Part shown: positions 1 through 9,518 of the stretch, in pieces
Numbering within the stretch: position 1 is the stretch's first letter
Layout of the letters: the number at the start of each line of letters is the position of its first letter
Source: Octopus bimaculoides
Lineage: Eukaryota
Reading direction: 5' to 3'
DNA length: 43,510 nt
Assembly (NCBI RefSeq): GCF_001194135.2
Contig: NC_068981.1
Location: 88,124,002-88,167,511, forward strand
The notes under the pieces: model-generated
What the model saw: the letters and a program-made list of their open reading frames with translations, nothing else
The model's database searches: none
What the model was told of the DNA's origin: nothing
Position numbers and translations under genes: made by a program

Positions 1-102
1 TTTTTGACTAAAACACAACTGGAACCCTAAGTAAGGTATGTGTAAAATTTGAATGAAATTGGTTGCGTAGTTCTCGAGTTTTAGGGATTCACACACACAC
101 AC

Positions 103-149
<47 letters not shown>

Positions 150-173
150 CATTCTCATTTTTATATATAGAGA
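1..173 (-). mobile_element. 5' end of a non-autonomous Helitron-like element (truncated by window edge)
   Basis: Minus strand reads A|TCTCTATATATAAAAATGAGAATG, then a (GTCT)n/(GT)n microsatellite and AAAACTCGAGAACTACGCAACCAATTTCATTCAAATTTT. The 5'-TC start after A plus the internal GTCT tract is the usual layout of DINE-1/HINE-like non-autonomous Helitrons. Confidence 0.55.
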
Positions 174-545
174 TTTTTACCTACAACTGCAACATTATAA
201 AATGCAATGAGAAAGAAATCTTTTATTTGCCATTAAATAGTTTTGAAAAATATAATGCTGTACTCTTCCTCCTCAGTGGCTTAATCTAAAACAGTGGGAG
301 GCTCTAGTGCAAACATCCAGATATTGTCTCAGTCTGGTGTTAATATAGTCTCTCAACAGGTTGCTATTGAGTGTCCATTCCTTGGGTAATATTTTCATTG
401 TCAGTAGGTAAAGGTGAAATGGTTTCCTCAGTGGACATGACCAGCTGAAGGTACCAGTAACTCAAAGGTGTCACACAATGGGACTGAACCTGGAACCAAG
501 TGGTTGGGAAGTAAACTCCTTACCATGCAGCCACGTCTAATATGC

Positions 546-584
<39 letters not shown>

Positions 585-587
<3 letters not shown>

Positions 588-755
588 TCATCGTTTAACG
601 TCCGCTTTCCATGCTAGCATGGGTTGGACGATTTGACTGAGGACTGGTGAAACCAGATGGCTACACCAGGCTCCAANNNNNNNNNNNNNNNNNNNNNNNN
701 NNNNNNNNNNNNNNNNNNNNNNCCTTCCTAACATCAACCACTCTGAGAGTGTAGG
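585..755 (-). mobile_element. Family C repeat (RTE 3'UTR-like / SINE) with (CAT)n tail, spans an N gap
   Basis: CATCATCATCGTTTAACGTCCGCTTTCCATGCTAGCATGGGTTGGACG...CCTTCCTAACATCAACCACTC; near-identical to the reverse complement of 27740-27903 and to 8045-8178. Confidence 0.85.
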
Positions 756-773
756 TCAACCATGTATGTATAC

Positions 774-1012
774 TGTTGTATTTCCCTCGGGAGACTCGCA
801 GAGAAAAGACGAGTTGTACAATTTAATTATTACATTTATTATTCAATTACATACAAAGAACGCACTCACCCAAAGTTCGTTATGAATAAACAAGAATCAT
901 GTCCGCCATATCTATCAATGACCTTTTACTATGACAGTCACACAAGACAACAACAATGAAACAATGAACTCAGACGAACCACAGTGACACACGGAACGTC
1001 AGACGAATTACA
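774..1012 (-). mobile_element. Solo LTR of an LTR retrotransposon
   Basis: Begins TGTTGTA and ends AATTACA (TG...CA), flanked by a perfect 5-bp TSD TATAC (769-773 and 1013-1017). AATAAA lies on the minus strand. 239 bp long. Confidence 0.75.
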
Positions 1013-1038
1013 TATACATACATACATACATACATATA

Positions 1039-1144
1039 ATGGTAGAAATAGCAACAAAATAGTCATCTAATCACACCCTTCTGTCTTAGAACAGGAAAGG
1101 AGGATATGCTTATTGATATAATCTTGCAAACATCTAAAATGATG
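1039..1144. repeat. Family E dispersed repeat fragment; close inverted paralog of 8401-8532
   Basis: ATGGTAGAAATAGCAACAAAATAGTCATCTAATCACACCCTTCTGTCTTAGAA aligns to the reverse complement of 8401-8532 with few substitutions. Confidence 0.8.
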
Positions 1145-1154
1145 AATGATCAAT

Positions 1155-1300
1155 GGACTTCTTTTGGTTTCTATCTATTAAATTCACTCACAAAGTTTTG
1201 GTTGGCCTGAGGCTATAGTAGAAGACACTTGCCCAAGGTGCCACAAGGTAGAATTGAACCCAAAGCCATGTGGCTGAGAAGCAAACTTCTCACTGCACAA
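1155..1300 (-). mobile_element. Family B tRNA-derived SINE, 5' part
   Basis: GCTATAGTAGAAGACACTTGCCCAAGGTGCCAC...GAAGCAAACTTCT, shared with many copies in the window. Confidence 0.8.
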
Positions 1301-1634
1301 TTCCATATTATAAAAGGTATAGTTATGTATGGGGATGGGGGAAAAGAAAAAAGGTCTGATAGCAATCAGAACAGTAGGAAAATAAGCTGAGTTCTATTAG
1401 AGAGAAATCAAAAAGTTAGCAGGTATGTATGTATGTTCATGCCCCTCTTGTTATTTTGATCCCAAATACAAGCTGTTGTACCCACCAGGCATGTGACACT
1501 CCAGGAGACTGAGTTGCTGGTACCTTCAGCTGGTCCTGCCCACTGAGGAAACCAGTTCACCCTAGACTGCATGGTTGTCATGAAGCAAACTTCTTAACCA
1601 TACAGCCTTGCCTACTTACGTAAAGAATTCTTTC

Positions 1635-1816
1635 TGATTTGGGCACAAGGCCACCAATTTGGAGGGGAAGGAGCAAAACGATTAAATTGAACCTCAGTAC
1701 TTGACAAATATCTTATTTCATCAACCCTGAAAGGATGAAAGGAAAAGTTAACCTTAATTGAATTTGAACTCAGAATGTAAAGAGCCAGAAGAAATACCTC
1801 TACGCATTTCTGCCAG
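1635..1816 (-). mobile_element. Family A tRNA-derived SINE
   Basis: GGCACAAGGCC...CCCTGAAAGGATGAAAGGAAAAGTT...TTTGAACTCAGAATGT (B-box GAGTTCAAA on the minus strand); many copies in the window. Confidence 0.8.
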
Positions 1817-1839
1817 ATAATTGTTGGATTTTTTTTGTC

Positions 1840-2070
1840 TGTTGGAACATGTTCTCTGTCTCCTGCTAGATCATCCTACCAAGGCTTTACTCTCATTTGA
1901 TGCAGCAGGTGTTGGCTGGAAGGAGCCTTATGGCAGGACCCGCACCAGATGGCTGGATATTATTGGGGAAGACCTCCGGAGGTTTGATGTCACCATGGCG
2001 GATTCAGGGGGTCTAGCATAGGACCACCAGTGATGGAGAGCACTGGTGGACCTGGTCAGCTCTACACATA
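1840..2070 (+). pseudogene. RTE-clade LINE ORF C-terminal remnant
   Basis: Translates DHPTKALLSFD...GWKEPYGRTRTRWLDIIGEDLRRF...*DHQ*WRALV, matching the GRPxxRWxDxxxxDL...DRxxWR motif of RTE ORF ends; contains stop codons. Confidence 0.7.
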
Positions 2071-2519
2071 ATGATACCTCTGGGACTACTAATCTGAGAT
2101 GACCCCTGCCCCACATCAAACAAGAGCATGAAGTCAGGATGACATGTGATGCCATATTTGAACTCAGAACCATGAGTCAAAGCAAAATTTACAGCTTGAC
2201 ACAAAATTAACTTTTTTAGGGTATGGATATATAGTTGATTAAAATACTGCATGTTATTGTCTTTTAATTTTATTGAATCCTGCATAAATAAAAACAGTTT
2301 TGACTCTGTTGAGATGTGAACTCTTATCTGCTTGAGAGAAAACTGAATATAGTCAATGTATTTAGTCTATTGTTGTTATTTAACACCAGGTCAGCTTTAA
2401 TCCTTGAGACCCATAATTGAAGGCGTTCGCCTGTAACCTGTAACCTTTTTTTCTCAGACACTGTATCTAAGACTAAAATATCCAATGCTATATAGTTACT
2501 CACTATTTTTAGACTGTAG

Positions 2520-2671
2520 AGCAGTCAGAGGCAAACAGTGGCATGCGGGACTCTCTGAACGACACGTCTGACGAAAAATTACCTTGAATTTTTTGTAAAT
2601 TTTCACATTAACACCTGCACGATTACCTAACCCTAATCCTAACCCTAACACTAACCCTAAACCTAACCCTA

Positions 2672-2704
<33 letters not shown>

Positions 2705-2856
2705 AACCCTAACCCTGACCATAAAAGCCTAACTAGTGAAAATCGGGCGAGTGTTAATCTGAAAATTTACCGAATTTTTTTTAGTAGCGCTGCCTGCCTG
2801 ATGATACTAATGTCTCATACGGCCCGTTTGAAGAAAAAGATAGCCCATGCCTGCTG
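2520..2856. mobile_element. Inverted-repeat (foldback/MITE-like) insertion with an internal (CCCTAA)n array, splitting a Family E repeat
   Basis: Arm 2586-2624 (GAATTTTTTGTAAATTTTCACATTAACACCTGCACGATT) is the inverse of 2741-2781. The Family E sequence stops at about 2519 and resumes at about 2857 (GTGTGGTCTGAGAGAGATTTGGCTGCT). Confidence 0.6.
2626..2719. repeat. Interstitial telomere-type array (CCCTAA/TTAGGG)n, imperfect, about 14 units
   Basis: Directly visible: CCTAACCCTAATCCTAACCCTAACACTAACCCTAAACCTAACCCTAAACCCTAACCCT... Confidence 0.9.
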
Positions 2857-3005
2857 TAGTGTGGTCTGAGAGAGATTTGGCTGCTAATTCTAGCAAATAC
2901 ATCATAGAAGCCCTTCTTCATTAGCTCGCACGATCTGCAGTCACGATCAGTTGAAAAGTTAAATTGAATTTGTCAGCTGGTCTTGTTTATATTTCTAATG
3001 ATAGC

Positions 3006-3090
3006 ATTGCCATGGTAATCAGATAGACAAAACTAACCGATGTAAGACCGGAAACGAAACTCATGTTGTTACAACAACCGTTCTAGCAAC
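3006..3090 (+). promoter_or_regulatory. Candidate promoter with RFX X-boxes and an ETS site
   Basis: ATTGCCATGGTAAT (3006-3019; 12/14 to GTTGCCATGGYAAC), ACCGGAAA (3047-3054), TGTTGTTACAACA palindrome (3064-3076) and GTTCTAGCAAC (3080-3090), in a locally CpG-rich, repeat-free stretch just upstream of a strong splice donor. Confidence 0.5.
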
Positions 3091-3099
3091 AACACAATA

Positions 3100-3215
3100 A
3101 TGTCTTCCATGTGCAGGATTTTCGTCTCTCGGAATTTGGTGAAGTTACCTAACTTACGACGATTCAGATGGTCAATACAACGATTAGCTTTCTTAGTGTA
3201 CATGATGCCACATCG
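3100..3215 (+). CDS. Candidate first exon of an unidentified host gene (coding frame uncertain; may be UTR)
   Basis: Open frame from ATG 3100 (MSSMCRIFVSRNLVKLPNLRRFRWSIQRLAFLVYMMPH) up to donor CG|GTAAGT at 3216. An alternative ATG at about 3168 gives MVNTTISFLSVHDATS in phase 0. No recognisable homology. Confidence 0.4.
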
Positions 3216-3554
3216 GTAAGTTCTGTCAACCTACTTACATTTGTAAACAATTATAAAGCGGAAAATAAAGGTTTCTTTTTCGGTAGACGATGGCTCCCTA
3301 TTTTAGTGGAAATTTAATAAAACAGAAAAAGAAAAAATGAAATGTGACTTTCATGTCATTCCCAAGGGCATTAAGTAGCATAAATTTGTTTATACATAGG
3401 TGCATATATAAAAAGTAACTACACACACTTAAACGACATGGTCACACCGACCATAAATGCAGACACATGCAGCTACATATAGGAACACACCACCTCAACC
3501 ACATGTTTACAAACCCTGGCAATTTTCTCCGCCAACATGTATACATGCACATTT

Positions 3555-3880
3555 ATACATATACGAGACGTGGGCTACTACAAAGAGGGAAGAACATTGA
3601 TTGACGCAAGGGGCCATGGAAAGATCTATGTTAGGGATATTATTGCAAGAGCATATCCGAAAGTAAGTAATTCGAGAATAGAGCGGAGTGAACGATGTGA
3701 TTGCAGAATATCGAAAGCACAAGTTCCGTTGGGCTGGATATGTTGCAAGGTTCACAGACAACCTATGCAGTTGCCGAGTGGTATCCAATAGATCGGAAAA
3801 GGCTACTCGGAAGGCCTCCACGACAATGGGAAGACGATTTAGTTAGACGATCTTGAGTCAAGATAGAAAAGAAGAGCGCT
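3555..3880 (+). pseudogene. RTE-clade LINE ORF C-terminal remnant (frameshifted)
   Basis: Across frames: ETWATT...RAMERSMLGI...SGVNDVIAEYRKHKFRWAGYVARFTDN...EWYPIDRKRLLGRPPRQWEDDL; classic RTE-1/BovB-like C-terminus. Confidence 0.85.
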
Positions 3881-4351
3881 ATTTAAAAAAAGAAAAAGAA
3901 AAGAAAAAAAGAATTGGAAGCGTATTGTGACCAGAGGTGTATAAAAACACCTGATACTCTGGTCTGTACAGCTGACATAAAGACGTGCATACATGCATGC
4001 ATGCAAGAGAAGGAGAAACTAACGTAACCTGGTTGATGTTATTTACGATCAAAGAATTTTTTCTTACATATCACAGATCATCGTAAATATTTACTGTAAT
4101 ATATTCTTACAGTGTAATTTTTGTAATCTATTTATCTATCCGTCCGTGCGTAGATATAGATGCATGCATGAATACGGTTGTATGATCAGGTGTAAAATAA
4201 CGTAATTCCTTTCACATGTTGAATGTTGTAGAGCTGGAGCATCCAATCACCGGGACGCATAGAAAGAATAAATTTTAAAATTTTATTCCTGTTTTTGTGA
4301 CTATCACAGTCTGTCGGATGTTTTGCATTATATATGTATTATATAAGAAAT

Positions 4352-5155
4352 GGGCTAATGCAGTTTCGCACCTCTCCTTGAAAAATGCATTTTTTTGAAA
4401 AAGTTTTTTGCGGATTCCTATGTTTTAGGTGTCGGAGATGACGAATATGCAAAAAAATAAATTAAAAAAAAAATTTCACCCCTACCTCCCCTCATTAAAA
4501 TTTTTGATTTTTGTTTACTATAAAGAGATCGTAGCGAATTGACAGAGCATATGCAAATCAAAATTAAATGCAGACAAAAACATTAAAGTAAAAAGAATTT
4601 GCGTTTTACGTGTGTTTGCCTTAAATAATCGTAAATAATAATTTAATGTAAATTAAATATACACCATTTTATGAGAAACAAGCAATGTTTGATAATTAAT
4701 GTTATAAAATTCAATAAGGGGATCAAATTTCACCCCTCCTCCAATTTTAAATTTTGAACTTTTTCATCCATTTATTTATGTATCTATCTATTTATCCCTG
4801 TCCGTTTATTTATAAAATATATTTGTCAACTAAATGTGGCGGTTCTATAGAAGACGGTATGTTATTGTTGTTTTTAGGAAGACAGTCATATCTGTCTCTT
4901 TATACACATATCTATATGCTTATTGAATTTAAAATTTTGAAAACGTGGTTTCTTGCATATTCGGAATCTCCGTCATCTAAAACATTGGGGAAAAAATTTC
5001 GAAAATGTTCTAAATTTTAAATGGGGGTCGGGGTAAAATTAACATTTTTTTTCTTTGCATATTAGTAATCTCCGACATCTAAAACGTGGGAATTCGAAAA
5101 ACTTAAAAAAAAAAAAATGCATTTCTCAAGGAGAAGTGCAAAACGGCATTAGCCC
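4352..5155. mobile_element. 804-bp non-autonomous DNA transposon (MITE/foldback) with about 125-bp TIRs
   Basis: Left end GGGCTAATGCAGTTTCGCACCTCTCCTTGAAAAATGCATTTTTTT...AATTTCACCCC versus right end GGGGTAAAATT...AAATGCATTTCTCAAGGAGAAGTGCAAAACGGCATTAGCCC. No coding capacity and no clear TSD. Confidence 0.85.
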
Positions 5156-5183
5156 TGCACTTTATTGTGGTTTGTAATACGCC

Positions 5184-5243
5184 TGTGGAAAAATTGTCTC
5201 GCATGAAACCGGTCTACAGTGGCAAAAAGGTTGGGAAACGTTG
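5184..5243 (+). mobile_element. hAT (Charlie/MER1-like) terminal fragment
   Basis: TGTGGAAAAATTGTCTCGCATGAAACCGGTCTACAGTGGCAAAAAGGTTGGGAAACGTTG resembles, from recall, the end of MER1-type hAT elements (GGAAAAATTGTCTTCCATGAAACCGGTCCCTGGTGCCAAAAAGGTTGGGGACCGCTG). Confidence 0.6.
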
Positions 5244-5303
5244 CTCTTTAGGAATATACTAGACTTTAGTGTCCACTTATCCACATGTCAGTTTTAAATC
5301 CAG

Positions 5304-5340
5304 AATTCCCCTGTTTCTGTGGGAAGAGCAGTACTTCATC
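5304..5340 (+). CDS. Candidate 37-nt second exon of the host gene
   Basis: Acceptor TTTTAAATCCAG| and donor C|GTAAGC. Open in all three frames; joins the exon-1 frames as ...PHRIPLFLWEEQYFI or ...DATSNSPVSVGRAVLH. Confidence 0.4.
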
Positions 5341-6282
5341 GTAAGCGAGTTCACTGTTTATGAAAGAAAAAGTATTTTAGTTATAAGCTGCCATCAGTGT
5401 TTTGTTGAGAAGATTTTGTAATATAGGTAACTTTTAAGATACAAGTTAATGTGTTATACGTTACGTTATGTTTCCAATAATTTTCGCGATCTACTATCAG
5501 TGAACTCAGCAAGTTTTTTGTTCATGGTTATGAATTCTTTATTTTTTCTCCTTGTTTCTAAGAATATGAACCTTTTAACCTCTAAATTTCAGTTACTAAT
5601 GTGCTCATTTCTATGTGTGTTGTTCCCATCTGTACCCTTCCTTGATATTGATTTAAAATTGTAGATGCTGATCTTTGTATATGTGTTTTACACAGAGTTA
5701 TCATATTTCTGTTCATTTCTTAAATTTTAATTTATTTATAAATAGGCGTAGGGCATGTTTTTCAAAATTCGCCAGCAATTTGTTTAGAATTATCTCCCTT
5801 CTTCAAAGTTTTTCCTTTATCGGGGTCGATGACACAAGTAATGCAGAGAGAACATAGAGCTTCTACACGTGGTCCTTCTATCAGCTAGAAACAGCAACCA
5901 AATCACTCTCAAATAGCACTCTGCCATGTTAAGAAAAAAGGCTTGAGGTAATGTAGTCTGAAACAAATGATTGAAAAGACAGGGCTAGCATCGAACCAAA
6001 CAACATCAAATGTATCCAATTTAACAATACAATATTCTCTTATCTTTCATGAAATTGACCCCATAGATGCCTGTTTCAACCGTAATTAAACATCGGACCT
6101 GCTGGTGTGAAAGATGAAATATCACACAATCTCATACCCTTCCCAAGAACTTTGAAATCTTCATATTAAAGAAAAAAAAAAGGGTTTTCTTTCTTTTATT
6201 TCTTCTGTTGGACGAGGACTATGAAATATCGATGTGCTTCTGTTTTTGTTGAAAACAGATTTATCGACAAATATTTTATCGA

Positions 6283-6316
<34 letters not shown>

Positions 6317-6350
6317 GGTGCTCCAGCATGGGCGCAGTCAAATGACTGTC

Positions 6351-6556
6351 TAATATAGGCACAAGGCCTGAAATTTTGAGGGAAGGGGCTTGTCAATTAC
6401 ATCAAACCCCTGTGCTTAATTGGTACCTATTCTATTGACCTTGAAAGGATGAACGGCAAAGTTGGCCTTGATGGAATTTGAACTCAGAATGTAAGACTGG
6501 AAGAAATGCCACAAAACATTTTGTCCAGTATGCTAAAGATTCTGTCAGCTTGCCAT
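6351..6556 (-). mobile_element. Family A SINE
   Basis: Family A motifs GGCACAAGGCC, GAAAGGATGAACGGCAAAGTT and TTTGAACTCAGAATG. Confidence 0.85.
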
Positions 6557-6637
6557 CTGAATATTTACATTAATGATTGTGATAAAAATATTTATTATAT
6601 TGAGAGAAAAACCTCCCTAAATAATATAGGTAATATT

Positions 6638-6852
6638 GATTTCAAATTTTGGCGCAAGGCCAGCAATTTTGGGGGAGGGTGGAAGTCAATTACATTGACC
6701 CCATTGCTCAACTAGTATTTATTTCATTGACCCCAAAAGGAATGAAAGAAAAAGTCAGCCTTAGCAGGATTCAAACTCAGAGCGTAAAAACAGGAGAAAT
6801 GGCGCTAAGCATTTTGTCTGGTATGCTAATGATTCTGTCATCTCACAGCCTG
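6638..6852 (-). mobile_element. Family A SINE with a 17-bp TSD
   Basis: Flanked by ATAATATAGGTAATATT at 6621-6637 and 6853-6869; the duplication partly overlaps the AATATT tail. Confidence 0.9.
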
Positions 6853-7812
6853 ATAATATAGGTAATATTAAATACATTTAGATAAACATATGTTGTTATT
6901 GAATTACTAACTTGACATTTTTAATAGGAAGAATATGTTTGACACACATTTGCAAGGATCTATTTCTCTACTTTGTTAAAACTATATTTGCAAATCTAAA
7001 ACCAGCTTCAACCATGTACATAAAAATGGCTCAACTGTTGTGCTAATCTTGGCATCTTTAGTAACAAAAATTGCAACACTGTGACATGATTTTTGTCTTT
7101 GGGTAGCAACTGTTATTTCCTATTTGCTTACCCCTAGAAAGTATGAAAATTGTCTAAATATGTCCTTCAAACTCTGCTTTTGTTACATTTATTCAAATCC
7201 CAAAGAATCCTTCTCAACACACAGTTATGATGCTCTCCAACTAGTCCTACTCAGAGATGCACATATTGTTAACCACTAAGGGACATACTCAAGTGGCTAT
7301 GGTCAAGCAACTGACAAGCAAATCTGTGGTATTGAGCAGAATATTTGCTATAACGATATTTCTGCTTCAACAACTCAGCACTGAATCTGAAGTGTAATGG
7401 AAAATAGGTCAGTTTCAAAACATTGATGTCCAGGTGACAAAAGCAAAGTTTGAAGGAAATAGTAGTCATTTCCTTTGCTTTCTAGATAGAAGCAAACAGG
7501 AAATAACATTAACTGACCAAAGACAAAAATAAATAAATAAATAAATAAATAAATAAAAATTTTGTTACACAGTGTAATCACTTTCAACAGTGATTTCACT
7601 TTGAAATCTGTATTCATCTTGGTGATTTATCCTTTGAGATTTAATGTCTCCATTCTCTATTTTCAAATCAAAAGACCTAACAACTCAGTTAGGTACATAC
7701 ATTTATTCTAGGTCCTCAAAACCTTAAAGTCTTCCTAGATTTCTGTTATATACTTGAAAATGAATATTGTACCAACCCAAAGCATATTGAAATGTTTTAA
7801 GAATCTTTTCTA

Positions 7813-7968
7813 CTCTAGGTACAAAGCCCCAAATTTTTGGGGATGGGCCAGTCGATTAGATCGACTCTAGTACGGAAATGGTACTTAATTTATCAATCCT
7901 GAAAGGATGAAAGGCAAAGTCGACTTTGGCAAAATTTGAACTCCGAACAAAAAGACAGATGAAATACC
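7813..7968 (-). mobile_element. Family A SINE (3' part)
   Basis: GAAAGGATGAAAGGCAAAGTCGACTTTGGCAAAATTTGAACTC. Confidence 0.8.
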
Positions 7969-8044
7969 ACTATAGATAGTGGTATCTGTCTGTGTGTCTG
8001 TCTGTGTCTGTCTCTCTCTCTCTCTCTCATTGTATGTATATATA

Positions 8045-8178
8045 TCATCATCATCGTTTAACGTTCGCTTTCCATGCTAGCATGGGTTGGACGATTTGAC
8101 TGAGGACTGGTGAACCAGATTGCTACACCAGGCTCCAATCTGATTTGGCAGAGTTTCTACAGCTGGATGCCCTTCCTA
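8045..8178 (-). mobile_element. Family C repeat, 3' end
   Basis: Near-identical to 585-676 and to the reverse complement of 27780-27903. Confidence 0.85.
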
Positions 8179-8324
8179 TATACATACAGGAATGCCAGTC
8201 TCAACCACAAAATTCCAATTTTTTTGAGTTCCAAGTATTTATTGACTCAAAAGGTTGTCCCTTTGGCTCTTAGGAATTGGTGTTGATTTTTAGGGAGATC
8301 CTTGGTAGAATAAATGTTTTGAAG

Positions 8325-8532
8325 TTGTATTGTTATTGATGTTTAACCCAGATCAACTCTTAGCAGACTTATGATCAAAGCCTTCCTTTCTTGATTGTTC
8401 CATCATTTTAGATGTCAGTTAGGGTTAGGGTTAGGGTTATATTAATAGATTATATTAATTAGCATATCCTTCTTTCTTTTTCTAAGACAGAAGGGTGTGA
8501 TTAGATGGCTATTTTGTTGCTATTTCTACCAT
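8325..8532. repeat. Family E repeat carrying a (TTAGGG)3 insert at 8419-8439
   Basis: Aligns to 1039-1144 in reverse; the extra 31-nt segment contains three telomeric repeats. Confidence 0.75.
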
Positions 8533-8712
8533 GACAAACAATCAGGCCTGACTTGAAGGTAAACAACAAACAATATATATTCTACACTGCATGCCACTAA
8601 TATGTGAACCAACAAGGGAACTTCTATGTGATTGTTTGTCATGGTAGAAACAGCAACGAAATAGCCAGCTCTGACCATCTAATTTTTTTTGTATATTTTT
8701 TTTTTGCATATC

Positions 8713-8866
8713 AGATGTGGCTCTGTGGTAAGAAGTTTACTTCCCAAACACTTGATCCCAGGTTCAGTCACATTGTGTGGTACTTTCGGCAGGTGTCTCT
8801 GAAATAGCCCTGAGCTGGCCAAAGCCTTCTGAGTGGATTTAGTAGACAGAAACTAATATATGTAGG
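8713..8866 (+). mobile_element. Family B SINE, 5' part
   Basis: CTGTGGTAAGAAGTTTACTTCCC...GGTTCAGTC (tRNA-like head with B-box)...GAGTGGATTTAGTAGACAGAAACT. Confidence 0.8.
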
Positions 8867-9019
8867 CCTAATTTTATAGTGGCACTGTATCTATCTGTCT
8901 GTCTGTCTCTCTCTCTCTGTATAAATATATATATATATAAAATTTATCTATCCACCCACCCATTCATCCATCCATCCATCCATCCACCTCTGCTTCTTTT
9001 ATATTCACCTCCTTGAAAC

Positions 9020-9416
9020 TTGAGGGTATGCCCTGACACATCATCCACCATGTTCTCTCTCTTCCAATTGTGGTAGCCTTATATATCTCCTCTGCAGCAA
9101 AACACCTGTTTCGGTCTCTGTATCATATTTTAGCCTCTCACTACCTGACATAAAGCCACTTTCCTCAATATTATTCCCCATCCTAAATTGAGGGGTCTTG
9201 TTTTGCGAGTTACTTGGTGACCTCACTGGTACTAGTGCCTTGTAAAAAAGCACCCAGTACACTCTGTAAAGTGGCTGGTGTTAGGAAGGGCATCCAGCCG
9301 TGGAAACCCTACCAAAGCTCACAATAAGCTTGGCATAGTCCTTTGGCTCACCAGCTCCTATCAAACTGTCTAACCTATGACAGCATGGAAAATGTATGTT
9401 AAATGATGATGATGAT
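9020..9416 (+). mobile_element. Family C repeat (long RTE 3'UTR-type copy)
   Basis: GGTGTTAGGAAGGGCATCCAGCCGT...CAGCATGGAAAATGTATGTTAAATGATGATGATGAT tail. The 5' boundary is approximate. Confidence 0.75.
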
Positions 9417-9518
9417 ATAAGCTTATATATTCATTTACACCTGTAGTTTCTTACCTTTTACCATTATGACTCATTCTGGTAAATCAATAACGTCCCTTGA
9501 CCCTGTTCTAATATTTAA

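Noticed and set aside
2626-2719. True telomere or chromosome-fusion site
   Set aside because: The array is short, imperfect, single-orientation and embedded in an inverted-repeat insertion.
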